Shown piece after piece: positions 8,544 through 15,367 of a DNA stretch of 44,954 nt; positions within the stretch are counted from its first letter, which is position 1, and the number at the start of each line of letters is the position of its first letter. The notes beneath the pieces were generated by a model. The model was not told the origin of the DNA. It worked only from the letters and a program-made list of their open reading frames with translations, and ran no database searches. The DNA lies in sequence record OZ503098.1. One strand, written 5' to 3'. Position numbers and translations under genes: made by a program. The DNA comes from a phage.

Positions 8544-10835
8544 CTACTTGCGGTAGCGATACATGCAATCGCCTTCGGCGGCAAGAGGGAAGCCTTTCGC
8601 CCAAACAGGCAGGTCGCACATCAGCGCGCATAGCTCCTCGGTCGTGTAGTCGTCAGTATCCGGAACCTCGGTGATCAGTTCATCGTGTACGGACAGTACG
8701 ATCTCATACCCAGCAGCTTCAACGCCTGGCATGGACCATGCGAGAATATCGCGACACAGCGCCTGCACGATGTTTTCCGTCAGTTTGCCGCCGTAGGTAT
8801 ACTGGAAGCCCCACTGGCGCGTCGTCTGATTCTCGCCCTGGTATTTGATGCGGGTGCTGGTGCGCTTCTTGCCGGTGTCTTCGTCAATCTCGGTCGTGAC
8901 AGACAGCGCAATGCCTGGATAACTCATAATACGCCCCGACGGCAACTCAATTTTCAACCACCACCCTGCGGCGTTCGGGTCGTCGCGCTCCTCGTCGAAG
9001 GTTGGGTCATGCTTCGCCTTCGTGCGAACAATCTTAAGCGCTTTCCTGCCATCCGGGCGAACGTTCGCACCCGCCCAGTATGCTTTGCCAGGATTGCGGA
9101 TCGCGCAGAGCACCGCGTCTTCCAGTTCAGCCCAAAATGCTACCGTCTTAGGGTGAGCCTCGCGCCACATACGTTTGATCGCGTCACACGTCAACCACAC
9201 GTTTTTCGGCAGTATGTAAGTTGGGCGCTCGTCTTTCTTGCCAGGCTTCGGCGGGCGCTTGGCTTCGTTAATGCGGGCATACTCATAACCACGTTTCGCC
9301 GCGGCCCAAATATGATCGGGGAATGTGCCCTTCATGACGTCCGCCATCGCATACAGGTCGAGGCCCAGGTTTTTAGCAAACTGCAGGAACGCTGCAACAC
9401 CGCCACCATAGCCCAACCCCAATTCGCACGCCTTACCAATCTGGCGCAAGTCTTTGCAGTTGGCTTTGATGTATTCCGGGTCGAGGCCAAACATCTTACC
9501 GGCAGTTTCACAATAGATATCGCGACCCGCCCTGAACACCATTAGCGCGGTTTTCTCCCCCGCGATCCAGGCGAGGCCACGCCCTTCCACGTTGGAGAAG
9601 TCAGCTACGACAAACTTCTTACCCTTCGCCGGAATAATGCACCCGCGAACAGTCGAGGCCGTTAGCTTCGATATGTCATACGCCCAGTGCGCTGTCCCGC
9701 GTAACAGGGAGTTGATGCCGTTGGTAAGCATGTGCGACCGCACCCAAAACGCGACGTCGCTCTCGCCTTCACGGCGTTTAATCTTCCCTTCGTGGTCGTC
9801 GCTATACTCGCCGCGTGCCAGGTTTTGCGGCTGGAAGCCTTTGCCGGCCCAGCGTAGCGTGCGTTTTGCCCCGCCATACTGGAGACAACCACGGCGGCGA
9901 CCATCGGCAGACAGCCCATTTACGAGCGGATTGTACTTAGTAGATGCCGTTGATGACGCGCCGAGGCGCATCTCGATAAGCACTTTGCCCTCGTCGGGGA
10001 AGTCCGGGTCTTCCAGCAGTTCGTTAAGCGTGGATTTCTGCGCGTTGTGTATTGTGAACGCAGGCGCGAGGTCGCGCAGCGCTGGCAGGAAGTCATTGCC
10101 GGTCAGCTTACCGCCGAAGCGCTCCCATGCTTCTTCCTTCAATTCTTCCTTATGCGCCTGCACCGCTTTGATCGCGGCGTTAGCCAGGTCAACGTCCACA
10201 TAGAAGCCGCGGTCGTTAATCATCTGGTCAATAAGCAGGATTTCATCTTCCTTCGGCGTGTTGCCCCAGTCTGGTATGCGCCAGTAGACTTCACGCATAG
10301 CAACAATATCCAGCGCGGCGTAGCGCAGGAATTTAGCCCACTCCTCGGGGTGCGTCTCGCGCGTATAGCGACGGATTTTGTAGGTCTTAGGGGTTGGCTT
10401 ACAGAATCGTTTGATTAGCGCCTTGCCAGCCTTATCCTTCGCGTGTTCTGCGTCAACGCCCAACACCTGGCACTGCATATCGAGGCTACCTGGCAGCGCG
10501 TGTCGAAAGGCCATAATCATGGTATCTTCGATCTGGCCTACCGGCAGGTCAATGCCCCACTTCTCGCGAATAACCAGGCGGTCAAACAGGAGGCCGTTAG
10601 CCATCACGATTTTTGCTTTCTTGCGGGATACCCGGCGGAGCGCCTTGCGCAGTTCACGCGGCATTGTGGGGGACTCGGTGCAATCCCATGTCTGCACGCG
10701 GCCCTCGTCGATGGCGTATGTGCAAATCATAATCTCGGTAGTTGGGTGTTCCGCGTAGGCGTATGCGCCCACTTTCTTCAGATCCACCCCGCTAAATGTC
10801 TCGGTATCGAGGAAAAGGCGTTCGAAGTCTTTCAT
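8544..10835 (-). CDS. DNA polymerase I family (family A) with 3'-5' exonuclease domain
   Basis: 763 aa; exo motif FLDTETFSG near the N-terminus, motif B-like RQIGKACELGLGYGGG, motif C VHDE (SVHDELITEV). Confidence 0.85.
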   Translation of the reverse strand: MKDFERLFLDTETFSGVDLKKVGAYAYAEHPTTEIMICTYAIDEGRVQTWDCTESPTMPRELRKALRRVSRKKAKIVMANGLLFDRLVIREKWGIDLPVGQIEDTMIMAFRHALPGSLDMQCQVLGVDAEHAKDKAGKALIKRFCKPTPKTYKIRRYTRETHPEEWAKFLRYAALDIVAMREVYWRIPDWGNTPKEDEILLIDQMINDRGFYVDVDLANAAIKAVQAHKEELKEEAWERFGGKLTGNDFLPALRDLAPAFTIHNAQKSTLNELLEDPDFPDEGKVLIEMRLGASSTASTKYNPLVNGLSADGRRRGCLQYGGAKRTLRWAGKGFQPQNLARGEYSDDHEGKIKRREGESDVAFWVRSHMLTNGINSLLRGTAHWAYDISKLTASTVRGCIIPAKGKKFVVADFSNVEGRGLAWIAGEKTALMVFRAGRDIYCETAGKMFGLDPEYIKANCKDLRQIGKACELGLGYGGGVAAFLQFAKNLGLDLYAMADVMKGTFPDHIWAAAKRGYEYARINEAKRPPKPGKKDERPTYILPKNVWLTCDAIKRMWREAHPKTVAFWAELEDAVLCAIRNPGKAYWAGANVRPDGRKALKIVRTKAKHDPTFDEERDDPNAAGWWLKIELPSGRIMSYPGIALSVTTEIDEDTGKKRTSTRIKYQGENQTTRQWGFQYTYGGKLTENIVQALCRDILAWSMPGVEAAGYEIVLSVHDELITEVPDTDDYTTEELCALMCDLPVWAKGFPLAAEGDCMYRYRK

Positions 10836-11002
10836 TGCTTAATCCTCACTACGGCGTCAGCGCTGCCGATCATGGAGAATATACCGTCGGAAAGGGTTAT
10901 CTCCTCGCCGTTGTTGCGAACCTCGGCAACGGTGAAATATTCCCCCAGTAGCTTGGACCATACCCGCATTCCGACTTTTACTTCGCTGGCTTTAATGCGC
11001 AT
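10832..11002 (-). CDS. Small hypothetical protein (56 aa), coupled to the polymerase gene
   Basis: Not in the ORF track (under 60 aa): ATG 11002 with AGGA RBS, translation MRIKASEVKVGMRVWSKLLGEYFTVAEVRNNGEEITLSDGIFSMIGSADAVVRIKQ; its stop overlaps the polymerase ATG. Confidence 0.35.
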   Translation of the reverse strand: MRIKASEVKVGMRVWSKLLGEYFTVAEVRNNGEEITLSDGIFSMIGSADAVVRIKQ

Positions 11003-11017
11003 TTTTCATTGTCCTAT

Positions 11018-11041
11018 TAAAAAGCCCGCATTAAGCGGGCT
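11018..11041 (-). terminator. Rho-independent terminator on the minus strand after the SSB-like gene
   Basis: Minus-strand AGCCCGC-uuaau-GCGGGCU followed by UUUUU, immediately after stop 11061. Confidence 0.55.
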
Positions 11042-11060
11042 TGAATAGTGGGCTTTGCCC

Positions 11061-11849
11061 TTAACGGCGGCGACGTTTGCGTGGCGCTTCGTCTTCGTCG
11101 TCGTCCTCATCTTCGTCATCGCGTGGCTTACGACGTTTGCGAGGTTTTTCATCTTCCTCATCGTCGTCGTCATCGCGGCGCTTGGACTTTTTGGACTTGC
11201 GCGGCTTGTCATCTTCATCATCGTCATCACGACGTTTTGACTTCTTAGCCTTGCGCGGTGCTTCGTCTTCGTCTTCGTCGTCGTTGTCCAGGTCTTCATC
11301 GGAGCAAGAAGAACCACCACCACCGAAGGATTCGCCGTCATCGCGGAAGCGCAGACCCAGCAAGCCAGCACCGAGTCCCTTGCCGTTGGTATTGTTCCAC
11401 GCCCAGATATCGAGTGACACGTTGCAATAACAACCGGAGTAGATCTCCTGGCCTTCGATCTCGTCGCCGTCGATGGTCAGGCCTTGTTCAGTCTGCTTCT
11501 CGCCGAGTGACGTTTGAATGATCGGCTGTTTGAACGATTTAGCGTTGATGTACAACATGCCTTCGAATTCTTCGGTTACTTCATCGCGCTCGTCGCCGTC
11601 GCGAACTGCGCATTCCTTAGAATCCTGGGCGTAGTGGCGGTCCATCCACTTATCGGCATTCTTCTCAGATTTCAGCTTGTCGGTGAGCACTGCGCGCGCT
11701 GCCGCTTCCACTTTGTCCACCTGCGGATCTTCTTTATCCAGAAGAATCACGGCGCGGTATGCTGGTTTTTGTCCATCCTGTTTAGGGGTATCACGTTCCC
11801 AAATTTTCAGGAAACATACGCGCACATTTTTCAGGTTGACTTTAGCCAT
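11061..11849 (-). CDS. Putative single-stranded DNA-binding protein (DUF2815-like) with a long acidic/basic repeat tail
   Basis: N-terminus MAKVNLKNVRVCFLKIWE resembles the DUF2815 phage SSB-like N-terminus; located next to a DUF2800-like nuclease and PolA. C-terminal about 80 aa are three reiterations of DDDDEDD / KPRKSKKSKRR blocks. ATG 11849 has a GAGGAA RBS. Confidence 0.45.
   Translation of the reverse strand: MAKVNLKNVRVCFLKIWERDTPKQDGQKPAYRAVILLDKEDPQVDKVEAAARAVLTDKLKSEKNADKWMDRHYAQDSKECAVRDGDERDEVTEEFEGMLYINAKSFKQPIIQTSLGEKQTEQGLTIDGDEIEGQEIYSGCYCNVSLDIWAWNNTNGKGLGAGLLGLRFRDDGESFGGGGSSCSDEDLDNDDEDEDEAPRKAKKSKRRDDDDEDDKPRKSKKSKRRDDDDDEEDEKPRKRRKPRDDEDEDDDEDEAPRKRRRR
11080..11290. repeat. 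In-frame tandem repeat (about 60-bp units, three copies) encoding the acidic/basic tail of the SSB-like protein
   Basis: Repeated GTC/GTCGTC/ATC and CTT/TTT/GCG runs at DNA level; the protein shows the RRDDDDEDDKPRKSKKSKRRDDDDDEEDEKPRKRRKPRDDEDEDDD periodicity. Confidence 0.5.
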
Positions 11850-11939
11850 TTTCCAATTCCTCATTTTCACATGTATCGGGGTTATTGGAAGCCACCCCGT
11901 TCGGCTTGGTTGCTAATCTACTTGGTTGCGCCTGAGCGG

Positions 11940-12182
11940 TCAAGCATTTTCGTTAAAAAGATTTCGGGTAACGTAGTTGGTAGCGTTCTCGATCCAGCTT
12001 AGCGGCGGTCGGTCGATGTTCTTTTCCACCCAATCGACGGCAACTTCGCTATAGCCGTCATCCAGCCAGCGGGTCGGATGGCGAATCATCCACGCCACCA
12101 TTAACACGCCTTGCACGCAATGCAGGATAAAGCCCAGCGCGCCGAGCAAAAACATCAATAAGATTGCGAATACTTTATTCAT
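11940..12182 (-). CDS. Small membrane protein (80 aa)
   Basis: Two hydrophobic segments (FAILLMFLLGALGFIL and VLMVAWMI); starts 2 nt after the upstream stop. Confidence 0.45.
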   Translation of the reverse strand: MNKVFAILLMFLLGALGFILHCVQGVLMVAWMIRHPTRWLDDGYSEVAVDWVEKNIDRPPLSWIENATNYVTRNLFNENA

Positions 12183-13605
12183 TGCTTAAGTCCTCATCAG
12201 TGGCTTCAGACCACACAGGGCGCGGGTCGTCTATTGGGGCTAATACCGGTTTAGCCGGTGCGCGCGTGATTTTATCACACAGCTTCGCCCACACTTTCGG
12301 TTTTTCGTCCTTCAATACCTTCTCGGCATCCGTAGGGCTGAGCAATGTTTCTTTGTACATCACATCGCGCTTGATCCGGGCCTTCGTGAAGATTTCAATC
12401 ACTTCGCTCTCGTCCGCCCACTTACGGATCCCTTCCTTACCGGCAACCATCTTGAGGCCCAGCGATTCGCCATCGCCCGCCATGACCGCCTTGAATACCG
12501 CGGACTCGATAGCCTTGATGTGCTGGCGCATTGCGTCCAGGCCTTCATAAGCCTTGCGCAGTTCCGCAGCGCTCATAGCACCGGGGGCCGCTTCTTTCTT
12601 ACCACGCTTCGCACGTCGTGCCGCCTTCCTGGCTTCGCGGGCTATATTGCGGTCATGGTTGGCGCATTCTTCCTCTGTCGCAATACTCACGTCGTCGCCC
12701 AGGTCTTCGTCGGTTGCCGTTGGGTGTGTCATCGTGTCGATTGCGGCCTTAGCGCGGGCACTACACTGATCCGCAAATCGGCACCACTGGCACGCATCAA
12801 CGCTGGGGCGGAAGTCGGCACGGGTAAGCCCCTTCTTGCCTCGGGAATACGACTCCAGTGCGGCGATAGCACGCTTGGATGCGAACTTCGCGAATATCTC
12901 CAGCGCTTCTACCGAAATATCCCACTCCGACGCCCCGCCGCAATACGGCTGGAAGATAACCAGTCGCACGGTCGTAATGTCGTACATAGTTTGCAGCTTG
13001 CGCAGCAGGCCGAGCGCGTACAACATAAGCTGTTTGTTCTCTTTCGCCTCGACCTTATGACGCCCGGTCTTCAGGTCGCCAACAATCAGCATGTACGTCC
13101 CATCGGTCTTTTTCATGACCATGACCATATCGGCAGTACCGAACGTTTTAATCCTGTTGCCGTCGATCTCGTAGCCTGAGTGAAGGACGCGGGTCAGATC
13201 GGCGTGCATCTCAAGCTGAACAAACTCCGCCACTTCGATGAGCGGTCGCCAGTGGTCTATGTACGCGTCGCACTGTTTCACCATGTCGTCGTTGACCAGT
13301 ACGCCGCCTTTCGGTGCTTTCGGGTGTGCCTTTACCGGCCCCTTGCCTTCGTTCTCGACGTAGCACCCTTTATACGTCTTCGCGGTTATCAGCTTCTCAC
13401 CGGCTATAATGCGGTTTAGCACCACCTCCGATACGGTGTGCATACTCGTACCGTTAATCGCGGCTTGCCCGGATTCGTTCGGGATATCTTTTTCTACCAC
13501 CAGGGCGGCTGGGCAACCCATCCATTTTTTAGCACCGGATGGCCCGAGTAATGAGTGTTCCGTATTGCTGCCGGATTGCGTCTTACGTTTTGGTTTAATC
13601 GCCAT
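12175..13605 (-). CDS. DUF2800-like PD-(D/E)xK (Cas4/RecB-like) nuclease
   Basis: N-terminal LLGPSGAKKWMGCPA matches the characteristic DUF2800 opening (SxSGAxRWxxCP); C-terminal Cys cluster (CQWCRFADQC); paired with the DUF2815-like gene. Confidence 0.55.
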   Translation of the reverse strand: MAIKPKRKTQSGSNTEHSLLGPSGAKKWMGCPAALVVEKDIPNESGQAAINGTSMHTVSEVVLNRIIAGEKLITAKTYKGCYVENEGKGPVKAHPKAPKGGVLVNDDMVKQCDAYIDHWRPLIEVAEFVQLEMHADLTRVLHSGYEIDGNRIKTFGTADMVMVMKKTDGTYMLIVGDLKTGRHKVEAKENKQLMLYALGLLRKLQTMYDITTVRLVIFQPYCGGASEWDISVEALEIFAKFASKRAIAALESYSRGKKGLTRADFRPSVDACQWCRFADQCSARAKAAIDTMTHPTATDEDLGDDVSIATEEECANHDRNIAREARKAARRAKRGKKEAAPGAMSAAELRKAYEGLDAMRQHIKAIESAVFKAVMAGDGESLGLKMVAGKEGIRKWADESEVIEIFTKARIKRDVMYKETLLSPTDAEKVLKDEKPKVWAKLCDKITRAPAKPVLAPIDDPRPVWSEATDEDLSNE

Positions 13606-13793
13606 TATTCCACCCGTGTAAATTGAGCAATGTAATAGTCATGTTCAACATTGGCCCGCTTAGCGGCATTGTTCATGGTAGCCGCCAGCCCCAGGGCTTG
13701 CATCCAGCAGCAATTCCAGTTTTGATTCATAACAATTTCCGGTTGCTCGTCGCCGGTAATACGGCAACGAAATAAAACAAAGAATATAGCCAT
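13605..13793 (-). CDS. Hypothetical small protein (62 aa)
   Basis: ORF with GGGAG RBS before ATG 13793; stop overlaps the next ATG (TAATG). Confidence 0.35.
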   Translation of the reverse strand: MAIFFVLFRCRITGDEQPEIVMNQNWNCCWMQALGLAATMNNAAKRANVEHDYYIAQFTRVE

Positions 13794-14045
13794 TTATTTT
13801 GTCTCCCAGCGGTCAATCGTTCTTGCTTCGGATGCAACCGCGAAGCGAACATATTCCAGATTGGAGTCTGCCCAAATATAAAAGTCGGGGTTAGTAAAGG
13901 TGGTGCGCTTAATTTGCGCGGGTGTGTTACGGCGTTTATCTATTACCGCAACGCGGGATTGAAAGCTGCCGATGCGTTCGAATAGCCAATAGTACGGGCG
14001 CTGGTCGCGGGAATCCACCGCCTCGATTAGCGTGAAGCGTGCCAT
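13794..14045 (-). CDS. Hypothetical protein (83 aa)
   Basis: ORF with ATG at 14045; no motif recognised. Confidence 0.45.
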   Translation of the reverse strand: MARFTLIEAVDSRDQRPYYWLFERIGSFQSRVAVIDKRRNTPAQIKRTTFTNPDFYIWADSNLEYVRFAVASEARTIDRWETK

Positions 14046-14057
14046 TGTCTCGTCCTC

Positions 14058-14085
14058 TAAAAATAGGCCCGCAGATTAGCGGGCC
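14058..14085 (-). terminator. Hairpin plus U-run on the minus strand inside the early leftward operon
   Basis: Minus-strand GGCCCGC-uaaucu-GCGGGCC followed by UAUUUUU; lies between stop 14094 and start 14045. Confidence 0.4.
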
Positions 14086-14093
14086 GGATAATA

Positions 14094-14219
14094 TTAATCT
14101 TCACCGCCGAGTTGTTTATAAACCTCGTCCGGGTCGTCGCCTCTTTCTTCGCAGAAGGCGGTGAATGCCGCCCAATTTTCTGCTATGAAATCGAGCATGA
14201 TTCTCATTTCATAGTCCAT
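14094..14219 (-). CDS. Hypothetical small protein (41 aa)
   Basis: Internal ATG 14219 of the 14094..14435 ORF (MDYEMRIMLDFIAENWAAFTAFCEERGDDPDEVYKQLGGED), starting just after the stop of the upstream gene at 14224. Confidence 0.3.
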   Translation of the reverse strand: MDYEMRIMLDFIAENWAAFTAFCEERGDDPDEVYKQLGGED

Positions 14220-14223
14220 GATA

Positions 14224-14769
14224 TTAATCTTCCAGTTCGAAATAAGTTTCGACGATTTCTTTAAGATCTTTGTGGAAGTCTTCGACGTCTTCATCTTCCA
14301 GCTTGGCGATTGATTTGATCTCAAACGATTCCAGCAGGTCGTCAAATTCGTCGTTCGCGTCGTCGTCGTCACCACCCGCGATAATAGCGGCGTACTGTTT
14401 GATTTCGTCGCGCATCTCTGCCAGCGGGTCGGCATCTTTCTTACCTTTGCCTTTCGCCGGTGCTTTTTTACCCTTCGCGGGCTTCACGTCATCGGCATCA
14501 TCGTCGTCGTCGTCATCTTCTACGACTTCTTTTTTGGCCTTGCCTTTAGACTTGGTTTCTTTTGCCGCGCCTTTTTTCGTTTTAGGCGTATCTTCGACTT
14601 CGTCCTGATCGTCGTCGTCTTCGACTTCAGTCTCCGGCTTGGCCTTGCCTTTCTTAGCAGTGCCGTTTGCTTTTGGGTCTACGGCAGCGCCAACGGTTTC
14701 ATAATGCTTAGCGATGGTTTCCAGTGCTACTACGCCGCGAGTAATCAGGTTTACGATTTGTTCAAACAT
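14224..14769 (-). CDS. First leftward early gene: highly charged low-complexity protein (181 aa) with alternating poly-Asp/Glu and Lys-rich blocks
   Basis: ATG 14769 with GGAGATATACC RBS; EVEDDDDQDEVEDTPKTKKGAAKETKSKGKAKKEVVEDDDDDDDADDVKPAKGKKAPAKGKGKK; first gene downstream of the divergent control region. Confidence 0.55.
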   Translation of the reverse strand: MFEQIVNLITRGVVALETIAKHYETVGAAVDPKANGTAKKGKAKPETEVEDDDDQDEVEDTPKTKKGAAKETKSKGKAKKEVVEDDDDDDDADDVKPAKGKKAPAKGKGKKDADPLAEMRDEIKQYAAIIAGGDDDDANDEFDDLLESFEIKSIAKLEDEDVEDFHKDLKEIVETYFELED

Positions 14770-15033
14770 GGTATATCTCCGATTGGTTAAGTTTGGCGTC
14801 CGGGCGGTATGCCCGGTCGACGAGGGAGATATTAGATTGGTTGCAGAAGGGAGTCAACAACTAATTTCAAAAAAAAGCGCCGAGGCAAAATGCAACGGCG
14901 CTAACCAATAAGAGACAATGAGACGGGAATTATTATTACACGCGTGCGCGCCCGTTTCAATATTCCAAAGAAGTTGACACCCTACGGTTTTAGGTGTAGT
15001 TTCGTTGGTCATTAACCAACCGAGGACAGAGCA
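14770..15033. promoter_or_regulatory. Divergent early control region: leftward promoter (about 14932-14960, TTGAAA-17-AATAAT on minus), rightward promoter (about 14974-15002, TTGACA-17-TAGTTT), leader hairpins at 14800-14816 and 14867-14902
   Basis: Only place where the two strand blocks diverge; consensus TTGACA -35 on plus; back-to-back -35 elements 14 bp apart flanking palindromic ACGCGT/GCGCGC words; minus-strand hairpin AGCGCCG...CGGCGCU followed by U8. Confidence 0.5.
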
Positions 15034-15363
15034 ATGAATGTAAACGACGCAATCGAAATGTTAACGAAGACTGTTAGCAGTGAAACAAGCCGGTCATGGG
15101 CGTATACCGATGCCGTGGGTGCGGTGCTATTTGAAATCGAACGTCTGCGACTTACCGAAAAAGAATTGCGCGCGAAGCTGGAATTACTCAACGGTACTGC
15201 AGCAAGCAAGCTGCAAAAGCACAATGAAGAAATGGAAGAATACAAAAAGCAGGTTATCCGTTTGCGCGCCGAGGGCAAATCCTGGGCGATGATTGCCGAG
15301 TTGACCGGAATTAATCAGAGCACTGTGCGCTCCTGGGTGCGCAATAATAAAACTTCCAAATAA
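15034..15363 (+). CDS. Helix-turn-helix DNA-binding regulator (sigma-70 region 4 / LuxR-type HTH at the C-terminus)
   Basis: C-terminal RAEGKSWAMIAELTGINQSTVRSWVRNN is a typical HTH (region-4-like); N-terminal coiled-coil-like segment; GAGGA RBS; first gene of the rightward block. Confidence 0.6.
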   Translation: MNVNDAIEMLTKTVSSETSRSWAYTDAVGAVLFEIERLRLTEKELRAKLELLNGTAASKLQKHNEEMEEYKKQVIRLRAEGKSWAMIAELTGINQSTVRSWVRNNKTSK

Positions 15364-15367
15364 GGCT

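Noticed and set aside
8685-9545. 286-aa plus-strand ORF antisense to the DNA polymerase gene (similarly 12520..13179 antisense to the DUF2800-like gene and 32535..33503 antisense to the major tail gene)
   Set aside because: Embedded in well-supported genes on the other strand and lacking motifs or start signals.
11077-11430. Ser-rich and Leu/Ile-rich ORFs on the plus strand (11055..11240, 11077..11430, 11048..11248)
   Set aside because: They are antisense or alternate-frame readings of the repeat-encoded tail of the SSB-like gene and have low-complexity translations; shadow ORFs.
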